Below, piece by piece: positions 32,125-43,500 of a stretch of 64,000 nt of DNA. The notes beneath the pieces were generated by a model. It was not told the DNA's origin and did no database searches. It worked only from the letters and a program-made list of their open reading frames with translations. Every line of letters starts with the position of its first letter. Within the stretch, counting starts at the first letter, position 1. The DNA is from Tortispora ganteri (taxonomy: Eukaryota), in the NCBI GenBank assembly GCA_003707115.1, contig PPNB01000004.1, positions 496,001 through 560,000 on the forward strand, written 5' to 3'. The position numbers were made by a program, and so were the translations under genes.

Positions 32125-32583
32125 ATGGCTGACGATCACGAAACAGTCGAACAAATGGAAGCCCGCAAGCGCCGGTCATTCCGAAAATTCTCATACCGCG
32201 GTGTTGACCTCGAAGACCTCGTCCAAATGGACCGTGGAGACTTCGCCAAACTCGCCCATGCTAGAGTTCGCAGACGTCTTAGCCGTGGCCTCCCTGCTAA
32301 ATATGATAACCTTCTAAAGAAGTTGTTAAAGTCTAAGGAAGAATGCCTGCCCAACGAGAAGCCTGCTGTTGTTAAAACCCATCTCCGTAACATGATTGTT
32401 CTTCCTGAAATGATCGGCTCAGTCGTTGGTATCTACAATGGTAAGGTCTTCAATCAGGTTGAAATCAGACCCGAAATGGTTGGCCACTACCTGGCTGAAT
32501 TTTCTATCTCATATACTCCTACTCGTCACGGTCGTCCTGGTATTGGAGCTACTCATTCTTCGCGCTTCATCCCTCTTAAGTGA
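32125..32583 (+). CDS. RPS15: 40S ribosomal protein uS19
   Basis: [36 protein letters not shown] and [18 protein letters not shown]. Confidence 0.98.
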   Translation: MADDHETVEQMEARKRRSFRKFSYRGVDLEDLVQMDRGDFAKLAHARVRRRLSRGLPAKYDNLLKKLLKSKEECLPNEKPAVVKTHLRNMIVLPEMIGSVVGIYNGKVFNQVEIRPEMVGHYLAEFSISYTPTRHGRPGIGATHSSRFIPLK

Positions 32584-32662
32584 TCTACGTCTTGAATTTC
32601 ATGTCCTTTATACTCAACACTACATAGATTTGATGTATCAGTCTTAGTACTATTGTAATGAA

Positions 32663-33970
32663 TTATATAATTGCCATCCCAATCAAATCCGATTCAACTT
32701 CCTCTCCAGAACTAATTTCCGGTGCTGCAGGGAATCCCACATGTCGTTCCATCCCTGCCAGCAGGGAAACTTCGGCTGAATATGATAGTCTTTGTCGAAC
32801 TTGTAGGCTTTTGCTTTCCGGAACTTTGTATGCATAATCTGGTACGATTATGTCAAAAGCTCTTCGCTCCCTTGTAATTTTGTACCATGTAGATGTCGCC
32901 TCTAAGAGCATTCGCTCTCTAAAATCAGACCTAAGCCTTCTGAATTGCTGATGAATAGACAATCTACCAGATCGGGTTTGTTCATTAATGGACTCTGTCC
33001 TTAGCTTAATATGCGTGTCAATTAAAGCTAAACGATCATTCTTTTCTTCATCTAACTTCGCTATAATTTTTGCCAGATCCGGGTGTGTGTCGTCTTCGCA
33101 AAGTTGGATCTCAGCGTCAATACGCGCCAATTGGTTCAAATGTATCGTGTCTCGTAACTTTGCGAATTCAATTTCAATTTCTGTAAGACCTTCTAAAGCT
33201 TGCTTTCTAATTTCAGCAAATTCATCCTCATCGCCAGAAACTCTATCCTCTTCTTCTTTAGTCTCATTCTCTGCTTCAGACAGTTCCTTCGACTTCGCAG
33301 CGTCGTCTTCTGCTGGTCCGTCAGCATTCTCCTCCACGTCAGCGTCTTCCTCCTGTTGCTGATTTAACTCTTCATTTTTAGCCAAACCATCTTGCTTATT
33401 AGCTTTGTGTTCATCACTGCCATCTTCAACGTGAGCTTCTTGTAACTCTCCTTCTGGTTCTTCTTTCACCTCATCCAGTTTTGCGTCGGTGTTTGACTGG
33501 GGCAGAGGTTGCGCCTCCCCTTCAGGATTTGATGCTTGTTCAGGGCTTAATTCCGCGTAAATTTTCGGTGTATCATTGGCCTCCTGTGAGGTCTCCAATT
33601 CTGATCCTAACTCAGGGTTTATCTCTGCGTTAAGGCTCTTTTCCACAGATATACCTGTTCCGGAATTCTCATTCTCAACGTCTTTGCTTCCGGCTATCAC
33701 CTCGTCGGTATCAACTTTTTCTTCAGAAATGTAGTCTTGGGCTTCAAGGTTAGCCTTTGCTCGTTTCCTTGATCCGGAAGACCCAGTAGAATCCGTAGAA
33801 CCGCGGTGTGTTCGTTTTCTGGTGCCATTCAGAGAATCAGATGCGAGCGGGTCATTTTCAGCAAGTCTGTCATTGGATGCGGAGTCGATTTCCTCGACTC
33901 TTTCCGTCTCTGCTTCAGAGTCGGCGATGTCGCTAAGTTCGGAGGAATCAGAATCCATAACTCCAGTCAT
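32663..33970 (-). CDS. DEP1: Rpd3L deacetylase complex subunit, Sds3-like (Dep1)
   Basis: Acidic N-terminus, then RKQALEGLTEIEIEFAKLRD, THP, WYKITRERR and VGFPAAP. Confidence 0.8.
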   Translation of the reverse strand: MTGVMDSDSSELSDIADSEAETERVEEIDSASNDRLAENDPLASDSLNGTRKRTHRGSTDSTGSSGSRKRAKANLEAQDYISEEKVDTDEVIAGSKDVENENSGTGISVEKSLNAEINPELGSELETSQEANDTPKIYAELSPEQASNPEGEAQPLPQSNTDAKLDEVKEEPEGELQEAHVEDGSDEHKANKQDGLAKNEELNQQQEEDADVEENADGPAEDDAAKSKELSEAENETKEEEDRVSGDEDEFAEIRKQALEGLTEIEIEFAKLRDTIHLNQLARIDAEIQLCEDDTHPDLAKIIAKLDEEKNDRLALIDTHIKLRTESINEQTRSGRLSIHQQFRRLRSDFRERMLLEATSTWYKITRERRAFDIIVPDYAYKVPESKSLQVRQRLSYSAEVSLLAGMERHVGFPAAPEISSGEEVESDLIGMAII

Positions 33971-34130
33971 TGTTAAGCAAAATCAATAGATGTGTAAAGA
34001 AGAAGAGCGGGGTTTTGGATGACTATGCGTAGAATGTGCGCCCCCAGTTAAATTACTTTAACAAAGCGACGTTACCCGGCTTGCGATTAAGTAGAGAATT
34101 TATTTGTATTGAATAACGGTAGTTGACGAC

Positions 34131-35282
34131 ATGGCCATTTTCAAGGAACCTGTAGATGTCAACGAGTCTGTTGATAATCTTTTTAAAACTAGTGAAGGTC
34201 CCGTAAGTCAGATACCGATAAGGTCCAAGAGTGATGAACCAGTATCTGGTTCTGATTCTGACTCTGACCGGGGTACAGAAGAAAACTATTCGATCGAAGA
34301 GCAGTTAAAAAATGAATCATTTCCTGATCAAAATGGAGAAAAGAAAAGAAAAAAGAAGAAAATAGACGCATTTACCGCTGAAGACACTTACATGAAACAT
34401 CTGATAGATGAAGAAACCTCTAGCAAAAAGTCTACAAGTAATGATGCCAATCATACCAAAGATTTCAAACTCTCGAAACCTATCAAACAAGAGCTCGAAA
34501 AAGCACCTAAAACGATATTCGTAGGAAATGTTCCTTCAAGCGTGATTCTAGATAAAGCTGTATACAAACGGTTTAAGAAAATTTTCTCTAACATCGGTTC
34601 TGTGGATTCTATCAGATTCAGATCGATTGGATTCAAAGAAATTCTACCGCGGAAAACCGCCTTTTTGGCCGGTAAGATCAATGAGAATTCAGATGTTAAT
34701 GCTTATGTTGTGTTTGCCGATGATAAAGATGCTAAGCAATCATTGAACTTGAATGGTACAGTATTTGAGAGCCATCATTTGCGGATTGACTCCATTATGC
34801 ACCCGCGACCGCAAGATCCAAGACGATCTGTTTTCATTGGCAACCTAGAATTTGGAACTATCGATGAAGATGTCTACAAGCATTTTCAAAAATGTGGCAA
34901 TATTGAATATGTGCGCCTCATTCGGGATTCGACCACTAACCTTGGAAAAGGATTCGGATACGTTCAATTCGTCGACTCGGTGGCTGTTGAAAAGGCGATA
35001 CTTCTCAATGGAAAGCCCATGAAAACCAGAGATGGAAAGTCTAGGAACTTAAGGGTTTCACAAGCCAAACGTATCTTAATGAACAAACGAAAAACAGAGC
35101 TTCAAGTTAAGAAGATCAAGAAATCAAAGAAATCTCTCAACGATCTTGATGCCGATTCTAAATCTGCGTTAGGAAGATACGCCAAGATTGTGAACAAGCA
35201 TAACAGATCTAATAAAAAGGGAAGAGTGACTAAAAGAAGCACTGAATTTAAGAAAAAGGCCAGAGAATCAAAGAAGAAATGA
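34131..35282 (+). CDS. NOP12: Nucleolar two-RRM protein Nop12
   Basis: TIFVGNVP, SIRFRSI, NAYVVF, HHLRIDS, SVFIGNL, YVRLIRD..TNLGKGFGYVQF; basic tail. Confidence 0.92.
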   Translation: MAIFKEPVDVNESVDNLFKTSEGPVSQIPIRSKSDEPVSGSDSDSDRGTEENYSIEEQLKNESFPDQNGEKKRKKKKIDAFTAEDTYMKHLIDEETSSKKSTSNDANHTKDFKLSKPIKQELEKAPKTIFVGNVPSSVILDKAVYKRFKKIFSNIGSVDSIRFRSIGFKEILPRKTAFLAGKINENSDVNAYVVFADDKDAKQSLNLNGTVFESHHLRIDSIMHPRPQDPRRSVFIGNLEFGTIDEDVYKHFQKCGNIEYVRLIRDSTTNLGKGFGYVQFVDSVAVEKAILLNGKPMKTRDGKSRNLRVSQAKRILMNKRKTELQVKKIKKSKKSLNDLDADSKSALGRYAKIVNKHNRSNKKGRVTKRSTEFKKKARESKKK

Positions 35283-35407
35283 AATGTGATCTAAACCGGG
35301 AGTTTCTTTATGAACTTACGAATCTGGCTTAGTTCTTCATGAATGAGACATGTGACCATTTGCTTTTTTTTTCGTCATATCTTTATGTAATGTCCTATAA
35401 TGCAATT

Positions 35408-35893
35408 TCATGTTGACGGTTCAATTAGACCTTTAGATTGTAAAAATATCAGCTGGTTTACTAGCTCTGCACACTCTTTGTGTATATCATTTTGAACTAG
35501 TTTGCTGAATAGAGTGGTAGGTTTACTAATTTCAGGTATGTGAACGAATCGACAGGATTTACCGTTCTTGCAACTACCATTCGACGCATAGAACTTGCAC
35601 ACCTTGTACTGACTTCGAGATCTTTTGTTATTTCCTTTTCCTGCTTCTTTATTAGTCGTTAATGAAGTCTCTTCTTCCTCTTTTTTCTGTCGAATACGCT
35701 TATTAGAGGGCCAATGCTTCTTACGCTCAGCGATCCATTTGTCTATATCTTCTTGTGTGTTGAGAACAATAGAGGTTCCTTGTATCGAGATATCGTTATT
35801 TCTTTCGCTCTTTTCTTCGTCAAGATCGCTCACTTCAGTATCTTGACATGATGATTCTGGAGGCGGTGGCGGCGGTCCGAATATGTATTCCAT
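35408..35893 (-). CDS. Small NUFIP1/Rsa1-domain protein with a CCCH zinc finger
   Basis: IQGTSIVLNTQEDIDKWIAERKKHWPS (NUFIP/PEP motif) and CKFYASNGSCKNGKSCRFVH (CCCH). The start codon is uncertain. Confidence 0.75.
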   Translation of the reverse strand: MEYIFGPPPPPPESSCQDTEVSDLDEEKSERNNDISIQGTSIVLNTQEDIDKWIAERKKHWPSNKRIRQKKEEEETSLTTNKEAGKGNNKRSRSQYKVCKFYASNGSCKNGKSCRFVHIPEISKPTTLFSKLVQNDIHKECAELVNQLIFLQSKGLIEPST

Positions 35894-36150
35894 TATAGGA
35901 TCGAAACTCAAAGACTATTCTTGAAAACGAAGAATCTACCAAATGGCTTATAATGGAATTTATCTGCCCCAAAAATTATCGCATATGTCTATAAAATATC
36001 TAATTTTGTTTAATTATATCTTGAAAATTTTGATAACGATTTATATGCCAATTTAAACATTTTCCGGCTCGAATTAGACACATAACGAGCCATGGATCTG
36101 TCTATAATCTTCTATGCGGCGCACGTCGCCAACTTAGCCTTCGAACCACC

Positions 36151-37152
36151 ATGTCACAAAGAAAGAACCTCGCGATAGGAATTGTCCACTTTTTGCAGAA
36201 ATCTATTGACGACGGAACCATCAATAGTGACGATAAGGAATCTATTGAAGTCGCCATTCAATGTATATCGGACGTATTCGGTGTAGATGTGTCTCAAAAG
36301 GAATCAGTGTATGGCAATCGAGACCTGCTGGACATATTCACCGCCTTTGAGAAAGTAAAGGAGAAATCGGCTCCTTTAAAAGCTCCAAAGAAATCCGATG
36401 CCGATGCAGATAAATTGAAACAAGAGGGTAATGCAAAATTATTGGCTAAAGACTACGAAGGCGCCATCGAATGTTATACCAAGGCATTAGATATATCACC
36501 TGAGAATGTCGTTTATCTCTCGAACCGTGCGGCTGCCTATTCAAACATGAAAAAGCACGAACTAGCTGCTGCTGATGCCCAAAAGGCTATAGATATAGAT
36601 CCATCATACTCTAAGGCCTATTCTCGTCTTGGCCTTGCTAAATTTGCGTTAGGATCCTACCATGAGGCAGTTGACGCCTACCAACGCGGAATTGATGTGG
36701 AAGGAAATGGTGGCTCAGATGCTATGAGGAAAGGCCTCGAAACAGCTAAAGCGAAAGCTAATGAGTTGGACGAACTTGCTGCTCCTTCTTCCACTGCTGA
36801 CCCCTCTTCTTCGACTAATTCTGGTGCTGGCGCAAGTGGTATGCCTGACCTCTCGTCATTAGCTTCTATGTTTGGAGGTGCAGGTGGTGGCTCAGGAGGC
36901 AGTGGTTTCGACTTTGCTTCCATTATGAACAACCCTCAAATAATGCAGATGGCCCAACAAATGATGTCTAATCCGAATGTCGCTTCTCTAATGAACAACC
37001 CTCAGATTAAAAGCATGGCTGAAAACCTCCAGAACAATCCCGATGGCTTACAGGGCTTGCTGAACAACCCTGATATTGCCAACCTTGCAAAATCGTTTAT
37101 GGGTGGCGGCTCTGGTGGAAATTCTGGCTCTGGACCCGGTACTAGCTCTTAG
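36151..37152 (+). CDS. SGT2: SGT2 co-chaperone of the GET pathway
   Basis: Dimerisation motif ESIEVAIQCISDVF, TPR repeats (LKQEGN, YLSNRAAAY, YSKAYSRLG) and an STI1-like NNPQ-rich C-terminus. Confidence 0.95.
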   Translation: MSQRKNLAIGIVHFLQKSIDDGTINSDDKESIEVAIQCISDVFGVDVSQKESVYGNRDLLDIFTAFEKVKEKSAPLKAPKKSDADADKLKQEGNAKLLAKDYEGAIECYTKALDISPENVVYLSNRAAAYSNMKKHELAAADAQKAIDIDPSYSKAYSRLGLAKFALGSYHEAVDAYQRGIDVEGNGGSDAMRKGLETAKAKANELDELAAPSSTADPSSSTNSGAGASGMPDLSSLASMFGGAGGGSGGSGFDFASIMNNPQIMQMAQQMMSNPNVASLMNNPQIKSMAENLQNNPDGLQGLLNNPDIANLAKSFMGGGSGGNSGSGPGTSS

Positions 37153-37200
37153 TTTGCTTTATTCTTTATAAGTGTCATTGGCTAAGTAATTGTAAATCTG

Positions 37201-40200
37201 TCATATTCCTTCCCTGATCATATCCATTGTCATTAAGTAGCTATCCAACTTTTCACGAGCTTCAAGCAGAGAATCTTTAACATAGCGTCTAATAGCATAT
37301 CTCATTTCATTTTCGTGATCAATATTAAACGCAGCTAGTTCCTCCGCCGATCCCCTTTGCGCTTCCATAAAATCACTTTTTAGCCTTGTCAACGCTCTAT
37401 CCGTAGCATCAATCTTTTGCGCATCACTCTGAGACTTGGTTTCATTGCTTTTTCCAATAAAAGCGCCAGTCCATTTGTTCGGGAAAATCTGAGTTTGCTT
37501 GCTTAACTCTTCCTTACCTTGAATGGTGTCTTTGATTTGTTCGCCAATCTCAAGAATCTGATTCAACTTATGCACAACAGAATGCAGACATGTATATCTA
37601 AAAGTTAATCTCGTAGAAAAGTCAAGAGAGGCTCTCGTGTAAAATCTCATATATTTTAAAACTCCAAGTAACTGTTTCGGAGAGTTGAATAGCTTCAGCT
37701 TCATATCGCATGAAGCAATCGCCCTTTCAAGGCATCTATGAGCTTCTTCAAGATCAAATATTCTATTGCAGACATGAACGCACGATATGTGAACACTTCT
37801 ATACTTAGAACGAGTAATATCAAATGTCCTTCTTGAAAAGTCAAGGAATTCATGCATACCCGGAAGTTCCTTCTCATCTAAAGAGTATGACTCAATCGAT
37901 TTCTTTCGCCTCGGAGATGATCCATGACGAATTGAATCTCCAGTGATATTTGTCGCATCAGTAAATACAAACTCGTGCAGGATACTTAACTTCGAAAAGT
38001 GGGGGTGGCGTAAAACAGTTTGCAGAAACATGTCAAGTCTCAAACTCATGTCATCAATAATAGAATAGCACACTCTAGACCCGATACTAAATGGATCGCG
38101 CATAAGTTTAAAAGGTGGTATCCATGAATATGGCTTCTCCTGCACAAAATAGTTGTATAAATCTGAAAATTCGGTAAACGTTCTAGAGTGTATCAGCTCG
38201 GAGTTCTCAACAACTTCTGAACCAGACTCTATCAAGAAAAATACCGCATAATCCGGTACAGCTGTGCCTTTAACGGTGACATGAATCTTTATATCCTGGT
38301 TAACTGCATTAGTATCATAAAGATGATGCTTGTCAAGAGAAATTCTCAATCTGATATCTTTAGCTAAATCTGCGGCAGTATAGTTTCTTATTCTGCGATT
38401 GATATCAACTCGTTTATCGGCACACATTATGTCAACCATTTCGCCCATACTTCCTCGAGCATACAGCATTAATGGAGTCAATGCTTTCTGGTTACAGGAA
38501 TTTGGATTGATCTGGGAATTTTCAAGCAAGTACTTCAGGGCAAGTGGGCTGTCGCGAATGACGTGCAGAAGAGTGTTACCCTTAGCATCCACATGACTGA
38601 AAGCCTTTAATTTTTCGTTGTTTTCAACCAATTTTGCGGTTTTCAATCCCTTCAGGACAAGTCGATCGTAATTTGAATGATCATAAGAGCGGCAAAGGGC
38701 CATAAGAGCTGTTTGCCCTTTAGCATCTTTATAGTTCCAATCGACAAAGCTTCCTATCTTGTCAATTAGAGCTGGTATCGCAAAAAAATAATGAGCAGGT
38801 GTCCTGCCCCATTTATCCGAAATTTTCAAATACTCTATTACAATGGACTTATCCAAAGTAAGTAGGTAATCAGATATATGAAACGCAATAGGACGATTTT
38901 CAGATTTTACTGCAACTGATAAGAGAGTGGCACCATTAACATCAGTATCGTTGAGAACATAATCGGACGAAAGTTTGCATAAGTGATCAAAAAGTTGAAT
39001 GAATTCAGCGTTGTGTGAATCTGCAAGGTACTTGACTAATGCAGTTTCACCATTGGCATCTTTGCTTAACAGTATAGACAACCAGATGTCATCCGACGAC
39101 ACGTTAAGGCTTAGTTTTTTGTTGAACTGCAACCTATTCTGAAATATTGTTAGATCAAAACTGGTTGAGCAGTAGTTCCAGAAGACTTTGTTCGCATGTG
39201 AGATTTCAAGTAAAGTGTCATGCGCAGCCTGAGCGTACATAAGGACGGCCTCAAAAGTAGCCAATGCATAGCCTGTATGGCCAGAAGATACATCTGTTAT
39301 ATTTAGCTCTTTCATCATGAATAAGTAGGAAGCGTAGTGTTTCATGTTAGCTTTCACGACAGTGATAAGCATTAGCGAAACAAGGGAATCTGCATCTATA
39401 CGGTACGTTTCTGCACGAAATAATACTCTCTCACTTAACACATTTAGAGCACTTACTATGCGTTCAACCATAAGCCGCGGGCTCTTACAAGTTTCAAGAG
39501 AGCGTAACAAGGACACTGCTGAACTAACACGAGCAGAGAGGCATCTTTCCAACGCATAGCTAAAGTCTGGCAAAGATATCTGAGATATGTTCAAGTTCTC
39601 AATTCTCTGAAAAATCTGGTATAATTTCGCATCTTCTTCCAATTTCAGGGCTAAAACAGTAGGCCAAATGTTGTCAAACAAACATTGATAAGCGTAGTCT
39701 TCAAGGACAAGTGAGAATGACGGTTTGAATTCAATTGCAGAGTCGAATTGGAAAGAGCCAGCCTTGGATTCGACGTGCGCAATAGTATTGAGAGTTTCAG
39801 AAGATAGTTCTTCCTCGCTGAGGTTATCGCTGGGGAAAGAATTGATTATTGGATCAATTTGAGAACTAATTGAAGTACGTCCATACGGGTAAGCAAGGAA
39901 GTACTGATCCATTGAGTGGAAAGCTGTGGCAGGCAGCTTTTTCAATGAAATTGAATCTGCTGCTAAAGGTATTAATGCATTAGATATACACAGGACTAGA
40001 AGGTGAGCGTCATCAGTATAAGAGGGTGATTCTATCCCGTAGAACATATCCTTAGTGATTCGAGAGGACGTAAATGACGCAAACCCGTCACTTGTGAGAA
40101 TTGAGCTGTTTTTTATTCTAAGCCTTCTGTCGTTTATGGTACAATAAAGCTTTTCAGACGAACTCGATAAGCCTGCGTCAAAGAGTTTAGAAGTAGCATT

Positions 40201-40386
40201 GAGGTCTATGATGTGAGAGGCTATAAAGTCTTCATTGCTTGTGACTTGTTGTTCGTCTATAAGGAATGTAGAAGCAGGTGGTAAAAGAACAACATAATGA
40301 TGAGGGGATCGTGTAATTCTCTTTAGGTACTTTGATTTAGGGTTGATATTGTATATTGCCTTCAAAATAGGATTGAAAGGCTCCAT
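37201..40386 (-). CDS. VRL1: VPS9-domain, ankyrin-repeat and PX(-BAR) Rab GEF, Vrl1/VARP-like
   Basis: VPS9 motifs IDADSLVSLM and GYALATFEAVL; ankyrin repeats (GETAL, GRTPAHY, GQTALMALCRSYDH, GNTLLH); PX-like RTFTEFSDLY..PYSWIP. Confidence 0.8.
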   Translation of the reverse strand: MEPFNPILKAIYNINPKSKYLKRITRSPHHYVVLLPPASTFLIDEQQVTSNEDFIASHIIDLNATSKLFDAGLSSSSEKLYCTINDRRLRIKNSSILTSDGFASFTSSRITKDMFYGIESPSYTDDAHLLVLCISNALIPLAADSISLKKLPATAFHSMDQYFLAYPYGRTSISSQIDPIINSFPSDNLSEEELSSETLNTIAHVESKAGSFQFDSAIEFKPSFSLVLEDYAYQCLFDNIWPTVLALKLEEDAKLYQIFQRIENLNISQISLPDFSYALERCLSARVSSAVSLLRSLETCKSPRLMVERIVSALNVLSERVLFRAETYRIDADSLVSLMLITVVKANMKHYASYLFMMKELNITDVSSGHTGYALATFEAVLMYAQAAHDTLLEISHANKVFWNYCSTSFDLTIFQNRLQFNKKLSLNVSSDDIWLSILLSKDANGETALVKYLADSHNAEFIQLFDHLCKLSSDYVLNDTDVNGATLLSVAVKSENRPIAFHISDYLLTLDKSIVIEYLKISDKWGRTPAHYFFAIPALIDKIGSFVDWNYKDAKGQTALMALCRSYDHSNYDRLVLKGLKTAKLVENNEKLKAFSHVDAKGNTLLHVIRDSPLALKYLLENSQINPNSCNQKALTPLMLYARGSMGEMVDIMCADKRVDINRRIRNYTAADLAKDIRLRISLDKHHLYDTNAVNQDIKIHVTVKGTAVPDYAVFFLIESGSEVVENSELIHSRTFTEFSDLYNYFVQEKPYSWIPPFKLMRDPFSIGSRVCYSIIDDMSLRLDMFLQTVLRHPHFSKLSILHEFVFTDATNITGDSIRHGSSPRRKKSIESYSLDEKELPGMHEFLDFSRRTFDITRSKYRSVHISCVHVCNRIFDLEEAHRCLERAIASCDMKLKLFNSPKQLLGVLKYMRFYTRASLDFSTRLTFRYTCLHSVVHKLNQILEIGEQIKDTIQGKEELSKQTQIFPNKWTGAFIGKSNETKSQSDAQKIDATDRALTRLKSDFMEAQRGSAEELAAFNIDHENEMRYAIRRYVKDSLLEAREKLDSYLMTMDMIREGI

Positions 40387-40518
40387 CTATCAAGGCATTT
40401 AGATGGTATGGTTGGCAAGGGGCTAGGAAGAGTTTGTATTAGAAAGTGGGCCTACATATAAAAGCAATAGTAGTATGATTGATATTAGTAATATATAAAA
40501 TTTTAGAACCCCAGCTAT

Positions 40519-43500
40519 TTAAATAAAAAATTTCTCTTCGTCGATTATGCCAAAAAGATATTGCACTTCTTGTATCATCTTCAGTATACAATCGTGGATA
40601 GTCATAGTCACCAAAGAGTACATGTAGAATAGCACAAACCCATCCTCGGTCAGAAGTCCTTTAGACCGTTGTTCATCTCGAAACGCGTTAATCTTCATCA
40701 GTAGTCGATCACGAGCATGTGTTACAGAAGGTAATCGCTCTGGCAATGGCATTGACATAGAAAGGGCAGATGCGAGAACATAGAAATGCAAGAATATTCT
40801 CGAGCTCAGCTCCCTCCGTTCTTCCAGAGTTCTATCAAGCAGTTCAGCCTCAAGCAGAGATGCAACTGGCTCACGAGAAATATCTACACTGATACTGCTA
40901 TAAGAATCAATAATTTCGCGCGTCCATGCAAGCAGCTTGCGATAACTGTCCGCCGGAAATGGGCCTTTCAGCCTTGGCTCTTTTGGCGCAAATTTCAAGT
41001 AGCTTTCTAATAAAGTGACCATGTTTTGAAGGTTAGATTCTGAGTTAGCTGAGATATACTGTTTAGGCACTTGGTCTCCTCTTGCCAACGAATTTAACGG
41101 GTCTGCTCTCCATCGCAGCCCAAGCAAAATCCACAGTTTACTCAGCCCATTCTTGAGGCTTGCTCGAGCACTTAACGGCATGACATATATGGTAATAGCA
41201 ATACCCCAAAGGATACCAATAACAACAGATAAACAACGATGAATAGCAATTTCCGTAATTATCGGACCATCCACCTCACCAGGCTCTCCAACCACACCGC
41301 CTTTGCCAAGTGTGTAGGAATACAAACATGACAAATTGAATGTCAACAGCACAAATCGACCAAAAGCTGGAACATCTTTCCAGGTCAAAACGATGTAAAA
41401 GCAGGGTATAGAAAGCAACCAGCCAGCTATGGCAAGTGCATAAGGATTCTCTGGGAATAAAAACCAAGCTGTCATAGCAGCTACAGCTCCGATAGTAGTT
41501 CCTATTGCTCTGGGCAGCGCCGTAAGTGCTGTACCACCAATAGACATATTCATCATAATAGAATAAGTAACTACTGCCCATTCAAGATGCCAATGTTGGT
41601 ATGCTTCCCTTGTACTAGGAATAACAGCGGGGGCCCCGAGGATTATTGCTCCAAGTCCGACTTTAAGGCCAAATTTTACGTCATTATGTCGAAAATGTCG
41701 AAGTGCTTTCCAAACAACAAAGCCAAACCGACTGTGACGACTGTTGTCATAAGCTTTATCGTGAAAACTCATACGAATGGCACCATCCGCAGCCAAATCA
41801 TACACTCCGTCATTTCTGTGGAAGAAATGTGCCATAGATGAAAGCGTTCTACCGGCACTGTCGACATTCAAACTTCCCCAAAACTTTGCCCATTGCCAGG
41901 TGCGAGGCCTTCTCTGATTGAGATAACCCCTGTAATCTTCCATAACTTCCAAAAACGTCAGCAATTCCGAAGCCAAGTTCTCAAGGCTGTACGCAAAACT
42001 TCCACAACTTGCTGCAATTTCTTCCTGATCAGCAGCAATATCGGGAGTTTTAGATCCTGACGTCTCAGAGGTATATAGACTAGCAATTGATTGTACTCTA
42101 ATCGCAGAATATTGATCTAAGCATGTTTTCAGACTAGCGTAGTAGCGAGAAGTGTCGCGCAGATAGAACTCTGGGGCAGCATCGAAGGGCATATCCGCCA
42201 GAATATTACTCATAATATCGGAAATGTTGCGAATAGGTGGTCCCAAATGGTAAACAAAGTTAAGGAAGTTCTCTCCGTGCACAACGTTCTGAAACATAGA
42301 AGAGCTGCGAGCATGCGATGGAGTAAATACGCTTCCATAGCCTCCTGGTGGAATGTTTGAGCCGGAGTGACTATGCATAGGAGTTTGAGTTTGTACAGTA
42401 ATGTTCGGTACTGGGTTTTGTGTGTGTTCAGTATCCTCATGTTGCAGTCTGTTAGTAATATCTGTAGCACTTAAAGGATTGTTGTCTATCGACATAATAG
42501 AGACTCTATGTTGCAAAGGCATCTGGCTATGTTGAATGAACAAAGACCATTGAGTGCGTGCACAACTTGTGAGAGCATTTAGATTAAGTACCAGCTCTTT
42601 ATATGAATTAGATATTCTTAGTAGATGCTGGTATTCTTCTTCTTTTCCGGAAAAAAGTAGCTCAAAGTGGGCGTCAGATAAGGAGTCTTTCACTTTGGCA
42701 GAATCTGACCTGTGCTTTTGGTAGAGATTGTTGAAATATGAGGAATCAACGTCTCCGCCAGACATGAAAGCGTGAATAGTTGATGTCAATATTTCCGAAA
42801 ATGAGCCCATAGCGTTAATCATGTTCTGTTTATACTCCAATGTACCGTAAGTAGGCCAAAGCAGCAAGCAGATGATGACAGTATCCAACACACCCATAGT
42901 AATTATGTTGAAAATTTGACCTAGTCTAGAAAGGTTGAACTCGCCTTTATATATAGAATCGTCTTTAATTAGCATAGCAATGATGGATATAGATGCCAAA
43001 GAGCAAGCGGTGTTAAATGTAGGTTTGCCGATCGATATACGGAGATATGCTAGAGAGGATAAAGCAAATCCAAAGCCAACCAGGAGCACAATAATTTGTC
43101 CAAGTGACCAGCAGCCTAGACGAGTAAAAAGAAAAGAAATGCAAAGACAGGTAAAATTGATAAAAAGACCAGCGAACAGGGCCATTAGGGCGAATAAGGT
43201 TGCTTGAATCATTGATCCAACAGTTCTAGCTGGATGAAAGTACACAGCAACAGTGGCTGTTAAATGTTTGCTATTACTAGGGCCTAAAAAATTAGATATG
43301 AGAGGCACATATACCGCCAGAGAAGCTAAAAAGTATGCGAAGGAGCATTTGAGGGTACGTTTGGCGAGAGAAGAAGAATAGGTGTGTGAGAGCGCTTTTA
43401 ACAGGGCATGACGGTGGAAAACAACCGAGGCTAATTGACTCGCTTTTTTATACCTTGTATAATTTTCATCGCTAGAATCAGAATTGCTCAGCAAGCCTGT

